Assembly: GCA_904063045.1 (NCBI GenBank)
Contig: CAJFCJ010000025.1
Coordinates: 992,001 to 1,056,000, forward strand
DNA: 64,000 nucleotides
Origin: Dimorphilus gyrociliatus
Lineage: Eukaryota > Animalia > Annelida
Reading direction: 5' to 3'
Each line of letters begins with the position of its first letter. Within the stretch, counting starts at the first letter, position 1. Positions 52,522 to 64,000 of the stretch are shown here, piece after piece. The position numbers and the translations under genes were made by a program. Under the pieces are notes generated by a model that saw only the letters and a program-made list of their open reading frames with translations, did no database searches and had not been told where the DNA came from.

Positions 52522-55500
52522 ATGATTGAAAAGAAATTGAATTGGACAAGTTTATTCTACGGATTTTCACAAGATACAACTTTTCACGGCGTTAAATATA
52601 TTACTAAATCTAGTAAATTTCTATTAAGAAGGTAAGCATTTTCTTTAACATATATATTCTCTTTCAGAGATCGTTACCTTTTCTACATAGATCTGTTCAA
52701 TAAAAATGATCAACCAATAATCTCCAATAATATATAGTATACATATTGTTCTTTCCACAGCCTGAATGCATCGGTCAACATCGCGTAGATGCGCAATTCT
52801 ATATCAATATCAATTATAGATAAAACAAAACATTGCTACTATAACCATAAACTAATTAATTTATTGTTTACAACTTTCCCTATAAAACTAGACCCTAAAA
52901 TAATTTCTTTTATCTCTTCTACTTTTTACAGAGTCGTTTGGGCAATTCTTGTTCTAGTCTTGTCAACATTCTTCTCTTACATCATTATCATCAGATTTAT
53001 GGATTATTTCAATTATCCTAAAGCTGTTGATGTCGAAGTTTTGTATACTAAACAACTCGAATATCCAGTTATTACACTCTGCAATCAAAACGTCTACAGA
53101 GCATCAGCAACTGTAGAAACGGGCGTCTTCGACGCTTTTGAATCATATTTTACTAAAACTACACAAAACAAAGGTACGCCTCTAGTTGTACCTATTCATA
53201 TTAATAATTATTAATTATTAATCCTATCTGCCTAATTATCTTTATGATTTTTATGTAAATTTCTCTCTGTAACTTACCAATTCCAATATTTCTTCACTTA
53301 GATACAGAGTGTCAAGATGGTTTTCAAGTGCTTCTCAATAGCGTCCTAATTCACCCTAGTAGCGTCTTCATTTCGGAAATTCACGTAAATGTAACGCCTG
53401 GTGTTTGCAAATATACTTGTCTCAATTTGGCTTCGATTTCCTGCAATTCACTTTTATACTATCGATCAAATTTGACGTGTCTCTTACTTCAATCAAGTCA
53501 TAAAACCCCAAATACTCTTTTACAAAATTTCCAAGGCGTCGATTACTACTCAAGGTCAAGACGCGACAGTCAGTTTACAATTACACCTTCTTCTTTACCT
53601 TTCCACTATTATTCCTTTAATTCTCCTTCATTAATCTATTCAATGTGACACGTTTCAGGCAAAGAGAGCTTTTGCTCTTTCGATTTAGACTTTTGCAACT
53701 TTCATCAAGTCAAATTTGACGATATCGACTGGCAGAGAAGAAAACTTGGCAATATTCAAACTCTTTCCGGACCGGACAACGATCATACAACCGGATCCGG
53801 ATATTTTCTCTTTTTGGAGGGGGGCAAAGAGCAAATGGGACGTTTAATTTCGTCTTGGCATTCGGCGAAAACTTGGAAGACGAGCTGCGTTACTTTCTAT
53901 TACTTCATGTATGGATCATCGGTTAATAAATTACAGTTTTACGTTGTTGACCCTGACAACTATAGTTATAAACTTTGGGAAAAATCCGGATGTCAAGGCA
54001 AAAGATGGTCAGTTGAACGAAACGGAAACGTCAATGCAAAAGTATTGCCTAAACCATTGTGTTTTCTTTAACAGGCGAAAAGCGAGTGTCAGTGTAAACC
54101 TTGAATTGTTCCAAATTCGGTTCGATGGCTACACCGGAAGAGCAGATCGCCACGTTATTGCTGTCGATGACGTGTCTATCAAGCAATGCGATAGAGGTAA
54201 CGATGGAATATCGATTCAAAACTGCTCTATTCTATTCATAATTATGATTTTCAGAGTCGCAAGATTGCAGAAATGATAAAACGGGAGATTTATACAGAGG
54301 AAATCAATCATTTAGTATAAATAATAGACGTTGTTTATACTGGAATGATGTTCATTCTGTCGAGTTGTTGTTCTTTGAGGACGAAACAATTCGGCAGACT
54401 AAAAACTTTTGTAGGAATCCTGGAGGTAGAAAATCCGAACCTTGGTGTTTCGTACAACGAAACCCTCTTCTTTGGGAATATTGTAATATTCCTTTATGCG
54501 GTTCGTAAGCAAATGAATAGTTTCATTAAAACAGAATGTGTCTTTTAAATTATTATCTTATTTTGTTAGACTCAAAGGAAAAGGTAAAGATTGAAATTGA
54601 AGGTAAAAGAAGATGAATATATCGATTCATATTGGATGATATTTGTTTTGCTGTTTAAATTTAGAATCGTCGGTTGACTGTAATTTTGAAAAGAGTTCTA
54701 TTTGTGGTTATGATAAAAGTTCTAACACAAATGATTTCATGTGGACTCTAAGGAATGGAAGTTCAACCCATGATCACCTTGGCCCAACAATGGATAAGAC
54801 ATTTTACAGTCCATTAAAGGGTAAGCATAACCATTTTTTAATGACAACATTACGAGATTAAAGACTATAGACAATTGAATAGGAAATTTCATGATGGTTG
54901 ATAGTAGATATGCCGTTGAGAATTCAATAAGTTGGTTAGAGTCACCACCCGTACTGTTGAAAGTTTCGTGCTGTTTGAAATTTTACTTTTGCAAGAGAGG
55001 ACAGATAAACTTACGATTGTTTTTAATCAAAGATAATAATATACGTACTCCTCTAGATGAAATTATTGAAACAGCAAACTCCTGGAAATTGAAAACAGTA
55101 AATATTAACAAGTGGAAAAGAAGCTTGTTGATGTTTGTTAGAGTTTTATTCGAAGCGGAACATAAATTTGGATTTGATAGTACAATTGCAATAGATGAAA
55201 TAGAGCTGCAAAGAAGAAATTGTCGTTTGGAAGGTAGATTAACAGAGAGAGAACTGTAGATTTCAAGTCAGTTTATCTAAAATGAGGCAGCCGATAAGGA
55301 CAAAGGAATTATTTAGAATTTTTTAGTCTTTTTACTACTATTCACTTTTTGTTATGTTTTAATTGACACATTTATTAATAGCTTTGAAAAGACTAGCCTT
55401 GTTTAGGTGAGCTGAACTGAAATCTCTTTAAACCCTATACTTTTATTACTGTACACCCTATAAATTTTATACAACTTCTTTGTAGAAGTCTCATTTACAT

Positions 55501-58500
55501 ACTTGATTCTTTCAAATACAAAATACTTGCAGAATGTAAAACAGACGAATTTAAATGCAGTAATGGTAGATGTATCGACGGTAAAAAAGTTTGTAACGGC
55601 AATAACGACTGCTTCGACTATAGTGATGAAGAATTGCCTTGTTGTGAGTAGTTCTACTGGCAAAGTATTTGACCCAGATTTATTAATCATTAATTATTAA
55701 AGAATTAATATCTAACTACGTATGTTAAGTAACAAGCCGTTGTTCGTGTCTTTTTTTAGTCCTCCTCTTTGACGTCATGATCCTATATAGATTTTCTTTA
55801 ATTATTCCCAATATCTTAAAGATTATTATTAATTTAGGCTTTTTCATCTCTTTTCTCAATTAAAATTAATGACTACTCCCCTTAACATATGCTCTTTCAC
55901 TCTCCATAGCAACATTTCAATGCAACTTTACTGGAAAAACTTCTTGCAGTTACGTAATGGAGCATATTCTTCATTATTACAAATGGGAAAAGACTAATGA
56001 ATCAAATTGTTCGATTTTTACATGAACAAGTTTTCCATACACTTGATTACATAGAGAATTTTTCTTTAATTGCAGTCGGCTTTATGAAAGTATTCTCCTA
56101 TGGTCCTAAAGTTACTTCTTATGCAATTCTGAGGTCGCCTTCCATTAATACAAGCTCCGAAAGTTGTGCCGTTTTTTCGACATTACTGAATTCTTCAGTT
56201 TCGGCTGCTTTAAACATCTATGCTGATTTGGAAAAAGGGCCAACAAAAATTTTAGCTACTATTTCAAAATCACCTAATAAATATATAACAAAAAATATCG
56301 TTCCTTTACCGCCAAATGTTCAAATGAGTTTATCATTCGAGTCTCGTATGGATACTTTTGGACACGAAGCTTATGTTGGAAATATCTCACTTGATCGAAA
56401 TTGTTCTACTTATGAAACCGAAATTAATGTTAATTGCACGTTTGAATCGGAAATTCTCTGCGGTTTTATAATTGAATACGAAAAACACGGATATTCTTGG
56501 TATAGAACCAACAGCAGTTCATCCATATTCAATGGTCCACTAACCGACCATACGTTTCAAAATTCTAGTGAGAACACAATATCAACATCTTTCAGTTTTT
56601 CATAAGATTCGGAATTCTACTATTAAACCTTTCATTCCAACAGGTAGTGGAAATTTTATAATCACGAGAGGGTTGGTGGGCGTTAAAGGCAATAGAGCAA
56701 GAATAAGCTCGCCTAACTTTAAACCACAATCATCCATTTCCTGCTTATCTTATTACTATCATATGTTCGGTAGCTTAATCGGAAGACTCCAAGTCATCCT
56801 TCGACTTGAAGGTTTCTTTACTAATCCCTAAAAGGTTATTTAAATTTTCTAATCGCTATTCCATTTTTCTTACAGAAAAACTTACTATTCACGTATTCAA
56901 ACATGAATTTAACCATGGCAATGTATGGCTCCACAACGAAATTCTTATTCGTAATCAACAAAATGTAGAAATGAAAGTGATCTTTGAAAGTATTCGCGGT
57001 TTTGATAGAAGTAATAAAATGGCATTGGATGATATTTCTTTCTATAATGGATTTTGTCAAACTCTTCAAGGTTTCCTCCAATCCTTTTTTCATTCTTACA
57101 CAACAAAATCACTTTATATTCATGCAGCTCAATGCCTCAATTCGAGCTTTCAATGCCAAAATGGCCAATGTATTGACAAGAGTCTGGTTTGCAACGGAGA
57201 AAGCGAATGTTTCGACGGAAGTGACGAAAGCAATTGTTCCGATTGCCTACACGACATTCAAGGCAGATTCTACACAGGAAAACTTTCAACAACCGAATCT
57301 GGAAAGAGATGCATGAGTTGGAAAGAGGCTGTTGGCGAAACGCAAACCACCATCTCAGTAGAGACGGGAGAGACGAGTTTGACAGAAATGACAAACTATT
57401 GCAGAAACGTTAACGGAAAGAAATCTCCTTGGTGTTACGTATCAAAAGAAAGATGGGAATTCTGCAGCATTTCCAATTGCGGTACAAAGATTAATATTCC
57501 AATTCAAAAAATATCTCTTTCGCTTGAAACGAAAGAAACAATAAACTGTAAATATTTGCAGAATGCCGAGAAAATCAATACAGATGCAACAATTCGGCAT
57601 GTATTTCTTCAAAACAAAGATGCAATGGAATATCGGAATGTCCTCTTAAAGACGACGAAGAATTTTGTAGTATGTATTTAGTTATCGTAAAAAATTTTAA
57701 CTTAAAATACTATAGTATAGCAATGTTATTGCAGATTCTTCAATAACATGTAACTTTGAAGAGGATAACATATGTGGATATACTATTTTAATATCTAATA
57801 ACAATTATCAGTGGATTCGTACAAATACTCCGACACCCTCCCAAGGTACTGGACCTGATCATGATCATACTTATGGCAATAGAACAGGTATTACAAATTA
57901 CTTGAAGTCTGTATTGTTAACACCAGTTCCATTCGGGTTGCATAGGTTTTTACCTTTATGTGGAATCTACTCAAGAAGGGCCACCTTTGAAATTCGGTGA
58001 TGAAACCTTTCTCTTTTCTCCTATCGTCAAGCCAGTAAAAAATCATTGTTTACAATTCTTTTATCATATCTTCGGCTTGGATATTAACAAACTAAATGTT
58101 TATATGAAAGTAAACAACCTTTACAAGTCGCTAGCAAAATTCAATAAATCAACTCAGTTGCCGAATTGGTTTATGGCTGAATATTTCATTCGACCTAACA
58201 TTGAACAAATAGTTTTCCATTATATTAGAGGAGTTGATTTCAGAAATGACCCTGGTATTGATGATGTTCTCCTATATCCTGGAAATTGTAAAAGTAACCA
58301 ACATTAACATTCACAACATTCTCTTTATTTCATACTGATTTTAATGCCAAAACATTCCGTTCAGCTCATCGAACTTGTTCACATTTTGAATTTACTTGTT
58401 CCAATGGCCACTGCATCAACAACACTTACACTTGCGATGGATACGACAACTGTGGCGACTTTTCAGATGAACTAGTCTGCGGTATAACACCTCCTTCATT

Positions 58501-61500
58501 CCTATTATTCATTTAATCTATTCCATTTCTTTCCTCTCCTCTTCCTATAGAAACGGAATGCAAGAGATCTTTGCAAGAACAATGGTATATAGGGACGAGA
58601 AATGTTTCGCAAACTGGCAAAAAGTGTCTCTACTGGAGGAACATGTCAAACTCTTTCAAGATTCCCTATCGTTTCCCGGATGAAAGTCTGCAAAGTGCGG
58701 AGAATTATTGCAGAAATCCAACGAATAGAACGTTTGGTCCTTGGTGTTACGTTGATAAAGAGAGTGAAATGTGGGAATACTGCAATATTCCTAAATGTTC
58801 AGGTTTGTAGAATCAATAAGTTGAATAATAAAGAAAGTAAAGGAAAGTTGCAATCAGTTTTCCAAAGTTGTCAGTCGAACGAATTTCAATGCGCGAATGG
58901 AATGTGCATTGATAAAAAACACTTGTGCGACGGAGTAAACGACTGCAACGATAGATCGGATGAAATGGAGATTTGTGGATCGGCGTACAACATCTCGTGT
59001 GATTTCAGTGATCGTTATATGTGTGGCTACACAGACGATAGTCCTAATTGGAACTACAGATTTCAAAGGAAAGGTTCTTTTGATGGTTCAGTGCAATCAG
59101 TAATTCGGCTTTTAACTACAAAATGGGATGAGTGTTTTCATGAGGATACGGCTGGAATTGACTACGAAGGAAATGTACAAAAAACAGTTAATGGGATTAC
59201 TTGTCAAATCTGGCGTGTTCAGTTTCCCAAAGCTCATCCCTTTTATCTTGATAGTTTTTTCCCAGAAAAAAATATAACAGAAGCTGAGAACTATTGCAGG
59301 TTCAGATTTAATAATAGTATATTGAATATTGCTTTATTTAAAAGGTTTATCTCTTTAAGGAATCCATCAAAAAGCGTTCCAAACTATGATCACCTTGCCA
59401 AACCTTTCTGCATATCTTCGAGGAGTGTTAACCAATCAGTCGGCGATTGTAACTTGAAAGTTTGCCAATGTAAATATTGTTTGCATTAATGAAGTGCTTG
59501 TTTAGTTAACTTTCTATTTAGATTCATTTCTGAAAACGAACTGGGGATTAAGCCAAGGTCATATTGCTAGAATAAATAGCCCTATTGTTAAAGGTGGTGT
59601 TGGTGATTCCTGTTTAGAATTTATATTTTTAATGATTGGCGAAAACGCAGGATCTTTAACTTTAATGTTTGTTGAAAAAGTTAATCCTGACTGTTTGAGT
59701 TGGAAATCTTTGATATTTCTTTTTTTTAGTTTAAATAATGAAAAAGGATCGAATGTTTTATGGAAAGGAGAGGGAGATTATGGAAATACTTGGAAGATAG
59801 TATCTGTTAATATCAAATCAAATACCTCATTTTTTATAACGTTTTTAAGCGAATCCGGAGAAAAGAATTCGGCAATAGCAATAGGAAAAATTTCGCTAAA
59901 GAATGACTCTTGCCGAAAGGACAGTCTGTATTGTTCGCTTTGACTTTCTATTGTTCTCCAACAAAATATCTTTGATAAAAACAGATTGTTCTGGAATGTT
60001 CCAGTGTAAAGATTCTTCCGTTTGTATTGATAAGAAAAGAGTTTGCGACGGTTTAACCGATTGCAAAGACAGTTCTGACGAAAATTCCTGTTCAAGTAAG
60101 CGAATGAGAAGAAAGAGAAAAAAAACAACAGGCTCTTTCATTATTGTATTCCATTAATTCACTTTTCCCCCTTGTAGGCTGTTCAAACGACAATTTTCAA
60201 TGCAAGAACGAAAGATGTATAAGTCTTTTTAAAATAGACGATGGAAGGAACGATTGTTTCGATAATTCAGATGAGAATATTTCGTATTATTATCCGAAAC
60301 TTGCGAAACTAATTTCAATGAAGAAAGAAGAAAACAACTCGAACGTTCATTCTTTTTCGAATAGAAACTGGAATAAAGATTACGTCTTCTCTAAAAAGGA
60401 TTACGAACCGGATATTGAAGGTATTCTTATAATAAAAAAAGGAAAGAGGGACCGAGAAGAGGGAAGGAATGGGTGGATGAGTGAATGAGTGAATGAGTGA
60501 GTGAGTGAGTGAGTAGAAGAGAAAATGACAAGATAATTTGAAAAAAAAAAAGAGTCTATTAACGAACAGGTTTAGAATTTCGAAGTTTCCTTGAAAATTT
60601 ATCCCATCAACGAGAAAATCTTATTTATGAGTAAAATTATTAAATTCAAATTTTGTGGTTTATTCAATTTACATAATAATATTTATCTTCTTCCTCTTCC
60701 TTAGTTGCTCTTGGCAGGGGAAAAGTTGCATTAGTCAAAATATTAATATGTCTACTAAATTTACCGATCACGGTACGTGCGTTTCCATCAACGGAAACGA
60801 AGCGAATAGTAGTCTCTTTACTGAAGAATCGGGTACGTTTTGTCCATTCCACATCTGCTAAGTGCATTTTTGATTAGATACTAACCCTAAAAGGGACTCA
60901 AGCGGGAATGAGCTTGACGCTTAACATCGAATCTTACGAATACATGATTGGTCCGCATAAGAATGAAGGAATAAAGGTTGAGAGCTTTTTACTTCAAGTC
61001 ATAACGTTCCCCTTAGAGTTTAATTCTATCTTATTAAATACGAAAATATTATTCCCATATATTTAGGTTTATCTACATGACGCTAAAGAAAGTCCAAGAA
61101 TCAATCACCTAGGTTTTTCTCTCGCCCCAGGATTTCACCATTCGATTGCTATCAAGAACACAAAAGTGATTTAAATTAAGGAAAGATCTATGAATAAGTG
61201 ATTAACACTCTTAAATGATTTACCTTAAAGGTGTTTAATTTAGAAAAGCCTTGGGGAAGTTGTGGCGAAACAAAATTGAACCATTTTCAAGATTACTCCC
61301 CTAATAAATGTAATTTGGACTGTTCGATTTCTGATACCATAAGGAAATGTGGATGTCTAGCCCCCTACATGAACAGCATCACTAGTAATACGACTGATTA
61401 GCTTATGTGGAGAAGGTAGTCTTTGAGGATTTATAGGCAAAAGAAATGAGTATGCCTCAACAACACAAAAAGGATTATTCCTATAGCGACTGTATAAAAA

Positions 61501-61937
61501 TTGATTTATTAGGCATTTTCTTCCAGAAGGCTGTCAAATAATAAACTATAATCCTCATAAGCCTAATCTTCTTTTTCTTCTTTTTCTTTTCCTCCTATTC
61601 TACCTTTTTTTCTTTACATCTATAAAATATCCCAATAATGCAGAGGGTCAATTCTCTTTATCCTCGTTTTGTTGCAGATGATAATTATTGCGGTTATGAA
61701 AAATACTTTAACTGCATCGTACAGCACTGTAAGTAGGAATGTTACAGTATATCTATTAGTATATGCAATTGTAGTTAGTATTAAAACGGCTTAAAATGAA
61801 AGGATTTTTTTGTTTGCAACAGCGGATGAGAGCGTTAATCTCTCCTTCAACGAATCTTGTAAATGCCAACAAGCCTGCTATCAGAATATCTTTGAAGTTT
61901 GTTTGTTAAATTTTTTTGCTAAGATTATTACAGTGGG

Positions 61938-61976
<39 letters not shown>

Positions 61977-63842
61977 AGACAGACAGACAGACAGACAGAC
62001 AAAAGGCGGAGAGAATAAAGATGGGTGGCGGAAGGGAAAGATTGGACAAATAAAACTAATATATTTTTTTTCGTTAAGCCGGTAATTTCATCGTCGGCTT
62101 TGTCCGAACTGAGTGCCGAAAGAATTCTTCGTTTCGAGAACAAATCCCTTCAGAAGGCATACGAACAAGCTTTAGACGTTAGGGCAAGGTCAAGGATAAA
62201 GGAATATGAAGAAGAGGTTACAATATTTTTCAATTTGGCTAGCACATTCGAAAACCTGCAAGAATTTCTAATGAAAAACATTCGAATAAATGTCGCCAGT
62301 GGAATATCGAATAAAATAAACAACGCTGTAGAATTTATTATCAAACAGACGAACAACGATATCGAATTATTTAATAAAGTATTAAATTCAATATTTATCG
62401 ATTTGAAAAGAAATTTAATCGATAAATTAAACGATTTAGAAGATTTAGTAAAAAGACTAAATATCCATCTGGATTTAATGTCCTTTACCGATAAATCTTA
62501 CGAAATTCAAAGAAATATTTCATGGATGCTTCTAGATAAATTCAACAGAAAATTGAATAAATTTCATCATTTATTCATTGAAAAAGATATTTATAGAAGG
62601 AAAATTCCCATCTTAACGAACTGCTACAAGAATTTTGCGGTTCTCCAGCAAAATATTCATAATTTAATGACAGCTTTCTCCAATGATTCATTACGTAATA
62701 ATATATCTAGTGAATTTCTTCTCGGCGTAAATCTGTATATAAATTGCTTTAAAGGGGTGGAAATTATCCTTGGAACATCCCTAAAGGAGATGGAGTTTGA
62801 CAGTACATTCGAAAGCTTTTATAGTGGGAGAGATTGCGTTTACTCGAATATAGAAGTCGCAGACATTAACCAAGTAATTGAACAGGAGAAGGCGTTATTC
62901 ATGGAGATATTTGAACTATATGTATCTGGTCAGAATTTAGTGAAATTGGGTTCCCAATATCCAATGTTCCTATTCGAAAAGTCGAAATCAACGGTTGACT
63001 CATTCTTCAATATAGTCAGATATAAATTTACTGAATTCTTTAAATTGGAATTACATAATCTTTTATTTCAAATACAACAGAGGTATTTAACCGTATTTCA
63101 GACAATTAGACGCCTTAATGGCATTCTCTCTGAGGATATTATACACGAATCAATTAGAGAATTCTCGATATGGAAGAGAACTTGTATATCTTTAGAAAAT
63201 AGGAAAATTAAATTCTTTCCAACAAGAATTAACATCTATCCAAATTTCTCAAATTTCACTACGCTAAACGAAATTATTATTGATAATACAAACGTTTATT
63301 TTCAACCAATACAAACTGGTTTAACAAACTTTCAGAACGAAGTTGGTCAATATATCGTTCAATTAAAAATCTCTTTATCAAACGTCCTTGAAATGTTTAA
63401 TCTTTACAAGACAAAATCGAAGCTAGAAGCCAATTTTATCAGGTAAGAGAAGAGAGAGAGAGAGAGAGAGAATGCGTACATGCATGTTTTTAATTCCTTT
63501 CTTTTCCGTATTTAGAAAGAATTTTCTAATTGCTGATATATTCTTTGCTGAATTAAGCTATTCAAAAATCACTCAAAGAAGAGCTTTTACCTCTGAAGAA
63601 CTTTTGGGTAGAACACATTTCCTTTCTTTTTATCTTTTCATGAATTTTACTAACATGTTTACAATATCTTCCTTTTTCTCTTCTCTCTCTCTCTCTCCCT
63701 CTCTCACTCACTCTCTTTTCTCCTAATAGGTAGTGTTGGAGGTTTTATGGGCCTACTTCTGGGAGCAAGTGTCCTCACAGTATTTGAATTAATCGACTTG
63801 ATAATCTACAACGTAATTGTGAAATTGACAGCCAAATTATAA
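52522..63842 (+). CDS. Giant DEG/ENaC subunit, copy 3, same architecture; 36 exons, about 2578 aa, very short C-terminal tail
   Basis: Exons: 52522-52631, 52932-53173, 53302-53568, 53659-54007, 54075-54196, 54255-54500, 54570-54602, 54665-54820, 54883-55233, 55533-55643, 55910-56008, 56076-56567, 56644-56811, 56876-57070, 57128-57481, 57562-57669, 57735-57887, 57946-58293, 58365-58481, 58551-58802, 58858-59299, 59360-59469, 59522-59666, 59730-59923, 59985-60095, 60178-60420, 60570-60630, 60705-60832, 60894-60976, 61067-61165, 61231-61384, 61678-61728, 61823-61896, 62079-63442, 63516-63607, 63730-63842 (7737 nt, open frame). TM2 [23 protein letters not shown], stop TAA at 63840-63842. Confidence 0.88.
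61941..62000. repeat. (AG)n + (AGAC)n intronic microsatellite in copy 3
   Basis: agagag...agacagacagac tract within intron 61897-62078. Confidence 0.95.
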
Positions 63843-64000
63843 TTACTTTAGCTGTTTTTCACATATTTGTATTTCTAATACTACATTTTAAAGACGACAA
63901 GCCGAGTAGCATTTAATCACTTCATCGATCAATCAATCAATCAATCAATTTGTTTATTCTATTAGAAAAGAAAAAACAAGGAAACAGGTTACAAAATTTA

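Noticed and set aside
1-64000. Intact transposons, CRISPR arrays, rRNA or tRNA genes
   Set aside because: No transposase or RT ORF, terminal repeats, repeat-spacer array or tRNA/rRNA signature was seen. The long repeats are paralogous gene segments.

Overview
AT-rich animal genomic DNA (roughly 70% AT by eye) with many 50-90 nt introns and abundant (AG)n/(AT)n microsatellites. A compact-genome invertebrate, possibly a spiralian/annelid, is my inference only. Bases 1-14.2 kb contain no recognisable gene. Five spliced + strand genes follow, reconstructed by hand from splice sites, intron phase and protein motifs. (1) A CC2D1/Lgd ESCRT-III regulator (CDS about 16142-22307) in which only two DM14 repeats are visible. 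(2) A secreted VWA-Cys-rich-VWA protein (24874-27359, about 503 aa). (3-5) Three tandem giant DEG/ENaC (ASIC-like) channel subunit genes: 27873-38542, 40911-51755 and 52522-63842, about 2,580-2,630 aa each. Each channel has an intact core (HG motif, TM1, CNxN, Cys-rich thumb, GAS-belt TM2). Each also carries an extracellular cassette of about 1,700 aa in the finger region (PAN/Apple + 6 MAM + 4 kringle + 7 LDLa, with one kringle nested inside a MAM) and an insertion of about 400 aa in the knuckle region. The three paralogs are a patchwork of near-identical tracts (introns included) and strongly diverged tracts. This receptor-like ion-channel array is the main candidate for an undescribed system. 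I could not run database searches to confirm novelty.
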